Shown: positions 53,201 through 64,000 of the stretch, one piece after another | Layout: each line of letters begins with the position of its first letter | Position numbering within the stretch: position 1 is the stretch's first letter | Assembly (NCBI GenBank): GCA_964016885.1 | Contig: OZ024742.1 | Location: 371,628,001 to 371,692,000, forward strand | Direction: 5' to 3' | Length of the DNA: 64,000 bases | Origin: Eledone cirrhosa | Lineage: Eukaryota | Made by a program: the position numbers and the translations under genes | Notes under the pieces: generated by a model | What the model was told of the DNA's origin: nothing | The model's input: only the letters and a program-made list of their open reading frames with translations | Databases searched by the model: none

Positions 53201-56200
53201 GTCTACCTACTCTAAATAATAGTCTACCTACTCTAAATAATAGTATACCTACTCTAAATAATACAGCCTACCTACTCTAAATAATACAGTCTACCTACTC
53301 TAAATAATAGTCTACCTACTCTAAATAATAGCCTACCTACTCTAAATGATACAGCCTACCTACTCTAAATAATAGTCTACCTGCTCTAAATGATACAGTC
53401 TACCTACTCTAATTAATAGTCAACCTACTCTAAATGATACAGCCTACCTACTCTAAATAATAGTCTACCTACTCTAAATAATAGTCTACCTACTCTAAAT
53501 GATAGTCTAACTACTCTAAATAATAGTGTACCTACTCTAAATGATACAGCCTACCTACTCTAAATAATACAGCCTACCTACTCTAAATAATACAGTCTAC
53601 CTATTCTAAATAATAGTCTACCTACTCTAAATAATACAGTCTACCTACTCTAAATGATAGTCTAACTACTCTAAATAATACAGTCTACCTACTCTAAATG
53701 ATAGTCTAACTACTCTAAACAATACAGTCTACTTACTCTAAATAATAGTCTACCTACTCTAAATAATACAGCCTACCTACTCTAAATAATACAGCCTACC
53801 TACTCTAAATAGTAGTCTACCTACTCTAAATGATAGTCTACCTACTCTAAATGATACAGCCTACCTACTCTAAATAATACAGCCTACCTACTCTAAATAA
53901 TAGTCTACCTACTCTAAATAATAAAGTCTACCTACTCTAAATAATAGTCTACCTACTCTAAATAATACAGTCTACCTACTCTAAATGATAGTCTACCTAC
54001 TCTAAATGATACAGTCTACCTACTCTAAATGATAGTCTACCTACTCTAAATAATACAGTCTACATACTCTAAATAATAGTCTACCTACTCTAAATAATAG
54101 TCTACCTACTCTAAATAATAGTCTACCTACTCTAAATGATACAGCCTACCTACTCAAAATATTAGTCTACCTACTCTAAATAATACAATCTACCTACTGT
54201 AAATGATAGTCTACCTACTCTAAATGATAGTCTACCTACTCTAAATAATAGTCTACCTACTCTAAATGATACAGTCTACCTACTCTAAATGATAGTCTAC
54301 CTACTCTAAATGATACAGTCTACCTACTCTAAATGATACAGTCTACCTACTCTAAATGATACAGTCTACCTACTCTAAATGATAGTCTACCTACTCTAAA
54401 TGATAGTCTACCTACTCTAAATGATACAGTCTACCTACTCTAAATGATAGTCTACCTACTCTAAATGATAGAGTCTACCTACTCTAAATGATAGTCTACC
54501 TACTCTAAATGATACAGTCTACCTACTCTAAATGATATAGTCTACCTACTCTAAATGATAGTCTACCTACTCTAAATGATAGTCTACCTACTCTAAATGA
54601 TACAGTCTACCTACTCTAAATGATAGTCTACCTACTCTAAATGATAGTCTACCTACTCTAAATGATACAGTCTACCTACTCTAAATGATAGTCTACGTAC
54701 TCTAAATGATACAGTCTACCTACTCTAAATGATAGCCTACCTACTCTAAATCATAGTCTACCTACTCTAAATAATAGTCTACCTACTCTAAATAATAGTC
54801 TACCTATCTAAATGATACAGTCTACCTACTCTAAATGATAGTCTACCTACTCTAAATGATACAGTCTACCTACTCTAAATGATACTGTCTACCTACTCTA
54901 AATGATAGTCTACCTACTCTAAATGATACAGCCTACCTACTCTAAATGATACAGTCTACCTACTCTAAATGATAGTCTACCTTCTCTAAATGATACAGTC
55001 TACCTACTCTAAATGATAGCCTACCTACTCTAAATAATATAGTCTACCTACTCTAAATGATACAGTCTACCTACTCTAAATGATAGTCTACCTACTCTAA
55101 ATGATACAGTCTACCTACTCTAAATGATACAGTCTACCTACTCTAAATGATAGTCTACCTACTCTAAATGATAGTCTACCTACTCTAAATGATAGTCTAC
55201 CTACTCTAAATGATAGTCTACCTACTCTAAATGATACAGTCTACCTACTCTAAATGATAGTCTACCTACTCTAAATGATACAGCCTACCTACTCTAAATG
55301 ATACAGTCTACCTACTCTAAATGATAGTCTACCTACTCTAAATGATAGTCTACCTACTCTATATAATAGTCTACCTACTCTAAATGATAGTCTACCTACA
55401 CTAAATAATACAGCCTACCTACGCTAAATGATAGCCTACCTGCTCTAAATGATAGTCTACCTACTCTAAATGATACAGCCTACCTACTCTAAATGATAGT
55501 CTACCTACTCTAAATGATAGTCTACCTACTCTAAATGATAGTCTACCTACTCTAAATGATAGTCTACCTACTCTAAATGATACAGTCTACCTACTCTAAA
55601 TGATAGTCTACCTACTCTAAATAATAGTCTACCTACTCTAAATAATAGTCTACCTACTCTAAATAATAGTCTACCTACTCTAAATAATAGCCTACCTACT
55701 CTAAATGATACAGTCTACCTACTCTAAATGATAGCCTACCTACTCTAAATGATAGCCTACCTACTCTAAATGATAGTCTAACTACTATAATTGATAGTCT
55801 ACCGACTCTAAATGATAGTCTACCTACTCTAAATAATACAGTGTACCTACTCTAAATGATAGTCTACCTACTCTAAATAATAGTCTACCTACTCTAAATA
55901 ATAGTCTACCTACTCTAAATAATAGTCTACCTACTCTAAATAATACAGCCTACCTACTCTAAATAATACAGTCTACCTACTCTAAATAATAGTCTACCTG
56001 CTCTAAATGATACAGTCTACCTACTCTAAATAATAGTCTACCTACTCTAAATAATAGTCTACCTACTCTAAATAATAGTCTACCTACTCTAAATAATAGC
56101 CTACCTACTCTAAATGATACAGCCTACCTACTCTAAATAATAGTCTACCTGCTCTAAATGATACAGTCTACCTACTCTAAATGATACAGCCTACCTACTC

Positions 56201-59200
56201 TAAATAATAGTCTACCTACTCTAAATAATAGTCTACCTACTCTAAATGATAGTCTAACTACTCTAAATAATAGTCTACCTACTCTAAATGATACAGCCTA
56301 CCTACTCTAAATAATAGTCTACCTACTCTAAATAATAGTCTACCTACTCTAAATGATAGTCTAACTACTCTAAATAATAGTCTACCTACTCTAAATGATA
56401 GTCTACCTACTCTAAATAATACAGCCTACCTACTCTAAATGATAGTCTACCTACTCTAAATGATAGTCTAACTACTCTAAATAATAGTCTACCTACTCTA
56501 AATGATACAGCCTACCTACTCTAAATAATAGTCTACCTACTCTAAATAATAGTCTACCTACTCTATATGATACAGTCTACCTACTCTAAATGATACAGCC
56601 TACCTACTCTAAATAATACAGTCTACCTACTCTAAATAATAGTCTACCTACTCTAAATGATAGTCTAACTACTCTAAATAATAGTCTACCTACTCTAAAT
56701 GATACACCCTATCTACTCTAAATAATACAGCCTACCTACTCTAAATAATACAGTCTACCTATTCTAAATAATAGTCTACCTACTCTAAATAATACAGTCT
56801 ACCTACTCTAAATGATAGTCTACCTACTCTAAATGATAGTCTAACTACTCTAAATAATACAGTCTACCTACTCTAAATGATAGTCTACCTACTCTAAATG
56901 ATAGTCTAACTACTCTAAATAATACAGTCTACCTACTCTAAATAATAGTCTACCTACTCTAAATGATAGTCTACCTACTCTAAATGATACAGCCTACCTA
57001 CTCTAAATAATACAGCCTACCTACTCTAAATAATAGTCTACCTACTCTAAATAATAAAGTCTACCTACTCTAAATAATAGTCTACCTACTCTAAATAATA
57101 CAGTCTACCTACTCTAAATGATAGTCTACATACTCTAAATAATAGTCTACCTACTCTAAATAATAGTCTACCTACTCTAAATAATAGTCTACCTACTCTA
57201 AATGATAGTCTACCTACTCTAAATGATACAGCCTACCTACTCTAAATGATACAGTCTACCTACTCTAAATGATACAGTCTACCTACTCTAAATGATAGTC
57301 TACCTACTCTAAATGATAGTCTACCTACTCTATATAATAGTCTACCTACTCTAAATGATAGTCTACCTACACTAAATAATACAGCCTACCTACGCTAAAT
57401 GGTAGCCTACCTGCTCTAAATGATAGTCTACCTACTCTAAATGATACAGCCTACCTACTCTAAATGATAGTCTACCTACTCTAAATGATAGTCTACCTAC
57501 TCTAAATGATAGTCTACCTACTCTAAATGATAGTCTACCTACTCTAAATGATACAGTCTACCTACTCTAAATGATAGTCTACCTACTCTAAATAATAGTC
57601 TACCTACTCTAAATAATAGTCTACCTACTCTAAATAATAGTCTACCTACTCTAAATAATAGCCTACCTACTCTAAATGATACAGCCTACCTACTCTAAAT
57701 GATAGCCTACCTACTCTAAATGATAGTCTAACTACTATAATTGATAGTCTACCGACTCTAAATGATAGTCTACCTACTCTAAATGATACAGTCTACCTAC
57801 TCTAAATGATACAGTCTACCTACTCTAAATGATAGTCTACCTACTCTAAATGATAGTCTACCTACTCTAAATGATACAGTCTACCTACTCTAAATGATAG
57901 TCTACCTACTCTAAATGATACAGCCTACCTACTCTAAATGATACAGTCTACCTACTCTAAATGATAGTCTACCTACTCTAAATGATAGTCTACCTACTCT
58001 AAATGATAGTCTACCTACTCTATATAATAGTCTACCTACTCTAAATGATAGTCTACCTACACTAAATAATACAGCCTACCTACGCTAAATGATAGCCTAC
58101 CTGCTCTAAATGATAGTCTACCTACTCTAAATGATACAGCCTACCTACTCTAAATGATAGTCTACCTACTCTAAATGATAGTCTACCTACTCTAAATGAT
58201 ACAGTCTACCTACTCTAAATGATAGTCTACCTACTCTAAATAATAGTCTACCTACTCTAAATAATAGTCTACCTACTCTAAATAATAGTCTACCTACTCT
58301 AAATAATAGCCTACCTACTCTAAATGATACAGCCTACCTACTCTAAATGATAGCCTACCTACTCTAAATGATAGTCTAACTACTATAATTGATAGTCTAC
58401 CGACTCTAAATGATAGTCTACCTACTCTAAATAATACAGTGTACCTACTCTAAATGATAGTCTACCTACTCTAAATAATAGTCTACCTACTCTAAATAAT
58501 AGTCTACCTACTCTAAATAATAGTCTACCTACTCTAAATAATACAGCCTACCTACTCTAAATAATACAGTCTACCTACTCTAAATAATAGTCTACCTACT
58601 CTAAATAATAGCCTACCTACTCTAAATGATACAGCCTACCTACTCTAAATAATAGTCTACCTGCTCTAAATGATACAGTCTACCTACTCTAAATGATACA
58701 GCCTACCTACTCTAAATAATAGTCTACCTACTCTAAATAATAGTCTACCTACTCTAAATGATAGTCTAACTACTCTAAATAATAGTCTACCTACTCTAAA
58801 TGATACAGCCTACCTACTCTAAATAATAGTCTACCTACTCTAAATAATAGTCTACCTACTCTAAATAATAGTCTACCTACTCTAAATGATAGTCTAACTA
58901 CTCTAAATAATAGTCTACCTACTCTAAATGATAGTCTACCTACTCTAAATAATACAGCCTACCTACTCTAAATGATAGTCTACCTACTCTAAATGATAGT
59001 CTAACTACTCTAAATAATAGTCTACCTACTCTAAATGATACAGCCTACCTACTCTAAATAATAGTCTACCTACTCTAAATAATAGTCTACCTACTCTATA
59101 TGATACAGTCTACCTACTCTAAATGATACAGCCTACCTACTCTAAATAATAGTCTACCTACTCTAAATAATAGTCTACCTACTCTAAATAATAGTCTACC

Positions 59201-62200
59201 TACTCTAAATGATAGTCTAACTACTCTAAATAATAGTCTACCTACTCTAAATGATAGTCTACCTACTCTAAATAATACAGCCTACCTACTCTAAATGATA
59301 GTCTACCTACTCTAAATGATAGTCTACCTACTCTAAATAATAGTCTACCTACTCTAAATGATACAGTCTACCTACTCTAAATGATAGTCTACCTACTCTA
59401 AATGATACAGTCTACCTACTCTAAATGATAGTCTACCTACTCTAAATGATACAGTCTACCTACTCTAAATGATAGTCTACCTACTCTAAATGATAGTCTA
59501 CCTACTCTAAATGATACAGTCTACCTACTCTAAATGATAGTCTACCTACTCTAAATGATACAGTCTACCTACTCTAAATGATAGTCTACCTACTCTAAAT
59601 GATAGTCTACCTACTCTAAATGATACAGTCTACCTACTCTAAATGATAGTCTACCTACTCTAAATGATAGTCTACCTACTCTAAATGATACAGTCTACCT
59701 AGTCTAAATGATAGTCTACCTACTCTAAATGATACAGTCTACCTACTCTAAATGATAGTCTACCTACTCTAAATGATACAGTCTACCTACTCTAAATGAT
59801 AGTCTACCTTCTCTAAATGATAGTCTACCTACTCTAAATGATACAGTCTACCTACTCTAAATGATAGTCTACGTACTCTAAATGATACAGTCTACCTACT
59901 CAAAACGATACAGCCTACCTACTCTAAATGATAGTCTACCTACTCTAAATGATACAGTCTACCTACTCTAAATGATAGCCTACCTACTCTAAATGATAGT
60001 CTACCTACTCTAAATAATAGTCTACCTACTCTAAATAATAGTCTACCTACTCTAAATAATAGTCTACCTACTCTAAATGATACAGTCTACCTACTCTAAA
60101 TGATACAGCCTACCTACTCTAAATGATAGTCTACCTACTCTAAATGATACAGTTTACCTACTCTAAATGATACAGTCTACCTACTCTAAATGATAGTCTA
60201 CCTACTCTAAATGATACAGCCTACCTACTCTAAATGATACAGTCTACCTACTCTAAATGATAGTCTACCTTCTCTAAATGATACAGTCTACCTACTCTAA
60301 ATGATAGCCTACCTACTCTAAATAATACAGTCTACCTACTCTAAATGATACAGTCTACCTACTCTAAATGATACAGCCTACCTACTCTAAATGATAGTCT
60401 ACCTACTCTAAATGATACACTCTACCTACTCTAAATGATACAGTCTACCTACTCTAAATGATAGTCTACCTACTCTAAATGATACAGCCTACCTACTTTA
60501 AATGATACAGTCTACCTACTCTAAATGATAGTCTACCTACTCTAAATGATACAGTCTACCTACTCTAAATGATAGCCTACCTACTCTAAATAATACAGTC
60601 TACCTACTCTAAATGATACAGTCTACCTACTCTAAATCATAGTCTACCTACTCTAAATGATACAGTCTACCTACTCTAAATGATACAGTCTACCTACTCT
60701 AAATGATAGTCTACCTACTCTAAATGATACAGTCTACCTACTCTAAATGATAGTCTACCTACTCTAAATGATACAGCCTACCTACTCTAAATGATACAGT
60801 CTACCTACTCTAAATGATAGTCTACCTACTCTAAATAATACAGACTACCTACTCTAAATAATAGTCTACCTACTCTAAATGATAGTCTACCTACTCTAAA
60901 TGATAGTCTACCTACTCTAAATAATACAGTCTATCTACTCTAAATGATAGTCTACCTACTCTAAATAATAGTCTACCTACTCTAAATAATAGTCTACCTA
61001 CTCTAAATGATAGTCTACCTACTGTAAATAATACAGCCTACCTACTCTAAATGATAGTCTACCTACTGTAAATAATACAGACTACCTACTCTAAATAATA
61101 GTCTACCTACTCTAAATGATACAGCCTACCTACTCTAAATGATAGTCTACCTACTCTAAATAATAGCCTACCTACTCTAAATGATAGTCTACCTACTCTA
61201 AATGATAGTCTACCTACTCTAAATGATAGTCTACCTACTCTAAATGATAGTCTACCTGCACTAAATGATAGTCTACCTGCACTAAATAATACAGCCTACC
61301 TACGCTAAATGATAGCCTACCTGCTCTAAATGATAGTCTACCTACTCTAAATGATACAGCCTACCTACTCTAAATGATAGTCTACCTACTCTAAATGATT
61401 GTCTACCTACTGTAAATGATAGTCTACCTGCTCTAAATAATAGTCTACCTACTCTAAATAATAGTCTACCTACTCTAAATGATACAGTCTACCTACTCTA
61501 AATGATAGTCTACCTACTCTAAATAATAGTCTACCTACTCTAAATAATAGTCTACCTTCTCTAAATAATAGTCTACCTACTCTAAATAATAGCCTACCTA
61601 CTCTAAATGATACAGCCTACCTACTCTAAATGATAGCCTACCTACTCTAAATGATAGTCTACCTACTCTAAATGATAGTCTACCTACTCTAAATAATAGT
61701 CTACCTACTCTAAATAATAGTCTACCTACTCTAAATAATAGTATACCTACTCTAAATAATACAGCCTACCTACTCTAAATAATACAGTCTACCTACTCTA
61801 AATAATAGTCTACCTACTCTAAATAATAGCCTACCTACTCTAAATGATACAGCCTACCTACTCTAAATAATAGTCTACCTGCTCTAAATGATACAGTCTA
61901 CCTACTCTAATTAATAGTCAACCTACTCTAAATGATACAGCCTACCTACTCTAAATAATAGTCTACCTACTCTAAATAATAGTCTACCTACTCTAAATGA
62001 TAGTCTAACTACTCTAAATAATAGTGTACCTACTCTAAATGATACAGCCTACCTACTCTAAATAATACAGCCTACCTACTCTAAATAATACAGTCTACCT
62101 ATTCTAAATAATAGTCTACCTACTCTAAATAATACAGTCTACCTACTCTAAATGATAGTCTAACTACTCTAAATAATACAGTCTACCTACTCTAAATGAT

Positions 62201-64000
62201 AGTCTAACTACTCTAAACAATACAGTCTACTTACTCTAAATAATAGTCTACCTACTCTAAATAATACAGCCTACCTACTCTAAATAATACAGCCTACCTA
62301 CTCTAAATAGTAGTCTACCTACTCTAAATGATAGTCTACCTACTCTAAATGATACAGCCTACCTACTCTAAATAATACAGCCTACCTACTCTAAATAATA
62401 GTCTACCTACTCTAAATAATAAAGTCTACCTACTCTAAATAATAGTCTACCTACTCTAAATAATACAGTCTACCTACTCTAAATGATAGTCTACATACTC
62501 TAAATAATAGTCTACCTACTCTAAATAATAGTCTACCTACTCTAAATAATAGTCTACCTACTCTAAATGATACAGCCTACCTACTCAAAATATTAGTCTA
62601 CCTACTCTAAATAATACAATCTACCTACTGTAAATGATAGTCTACCTACTCTAAATGATAGTCTACCTACTCTAAATAATAGTCTACCTACTCTAAATGA
62701 TACAGTCTACCTACTCTAAATGATAGTCTACCTACTCTAAATGATACAGTCTACCTACTCTAAATGATACAGTCTACCTACTCTAAATGATACAGTCTAC
62801 CTACTCTAAATGATAGTCTACCTACTCTAAATGATAGTCTACCTACTCTAAATGATACAGTCTACCTACTCTAAATGATAGTCTACCTACTCTAAATGAT
62901 AGAGTCTACCTACTCTAAATGATAGTCTACCTACTCTAAATGATACAGTCTACCTACTCTAAATGATATAGTCTACCTACTCTAAATGATAGTCTACCTA
63001 CTCTAAATGATAGTCTACCTACTCTAAATGATACAGTCTACCTACTCTAAATGATAGTCTACCTACTCTAAATGATAGTCTACCTACTCTAAATGATACA
63101 GTCTACCTACTCTAAATGATAGTCTACGTACTCTAAATGATACAGTCTACCTACTCTAAATGATAGCCTACCTACTCTAAATCATAGTCTACCTACTCTA
63201 AATAATAGTCTACCTACTCTAAATAATAGTCTACCTATCTAAATGATACAGTCTACCTACTCTAAATGATAGTCTACCTACTCTAAATGATACAGTCTAC
63301 CTACTCTAAATGATACTGTCTACCTACTCTAAATGATAGTCTACCTACTCTAAATGATACAGCCTACCTACTCTAAATGATACAGTCTACCTACTCTAAA
63401 TGATAGTCTACCTACTCTAAATGATAGTCTACCTACTCTAAATGATACAGTCTACCTACTCTAAATGATAGCCTACCTACTCTAAATAATACAGTCTACC
63501 TACTCTAAATGATACAGTCTACCTACTCTAAATCATAGTCTACCTACTCTAAATGATACAGTCTACCTACTCTAAATGATACAGTCTACCTACTCTAAAT
63601 GATAGTCTACCTACTCTAAATGATACAGTCTACCTACTCTAAATGATAGTCTACCTACTCTAAATGATACAGCCTACCTACTCTAAATGATACAGTCTAC
63701 CTACTCTAAATGATAGTCTACCTACTCTAAATAATACAGACTACCTACTCTAAATAATAGTCTACCTACTCTAAATGATAGTCTACCTACTCTAAATGAT
63801 AGTCTACCTACTCTAAATAATACAGTCTATCTACTCTAAATGATAGTCTACCTACTCTAAATAATAGTCTACCTACTCTAAATAATAGTCTACCTACTCT
63901 AAATGATAGTCTACCTACTGTAAATAATACAGCCTACCTACTCTAAATGATAGTCTACCTACTGTAAATAATACAGACTACCTACTCTAAATAATAGTCT
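38238..64000. repeat. 21/23-bp satellite array, >=25.7 kb: (AC)AG[T/C]CTACCTACTCTAAAT[G/A]AT
   Basis: Continuous tandem array to the window end; no ORFs. Confidence 0.98.
49228..49494 (-). other. Inverted block (~12 monomers) within the 21/23-bp satellite
   Basis: Reads tttagagtaggtagact, the reverse complement of the monomer. Confidence 0.95.

Noticed and set aside
38238-64000. Telomeric repeat or recursive-splice-site array
   Set aside because: The monomer is not TTAGGG-type and lacks polypyrimidine tracts and AG|GT ratchet points on the sense strand.

Overview
Eukaryotic, AT-rich, repeat-dominated DNA. The SINE and RTE families look cephalopod (Octopus-like); this is inferred from family resemblance only. 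The single host-gene piece is a 152-bp + strand exon (36008-36159) encoding the N-terminal Box A domain of the mRNA-decapping enzyme DCP2. It is followed by a U12-type (minor spliceosome) donor GTATCCTTTT. No other DCP2 exon is visible, so the window reads as >36 kb of upstream intron and >27.8 kb of a minor-class intron. The upstream intron is a 43-bp AT-rich satellite carrying at least five independent RTE-clade LINE insertions, all antisense. One is an intact 1039-aa APE-RT ORF with a PHD-type zinc finger after the RT core. It also holds a 3.5-kb island with Helitron-like termini and a 214-bp perfect inverted repeat, a near-identical ~14.7-kb tandem duplication, and a 40-bp minisatellite built from a SINE head. 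The downstream intron holds a CAT/CAC microsatellite, a 41-bp minisatellite split by a non-autonomous Helitron, and ~25.8 kb of a 21/23-bp satellite with kb-scale higher-order structure and one local inversion.
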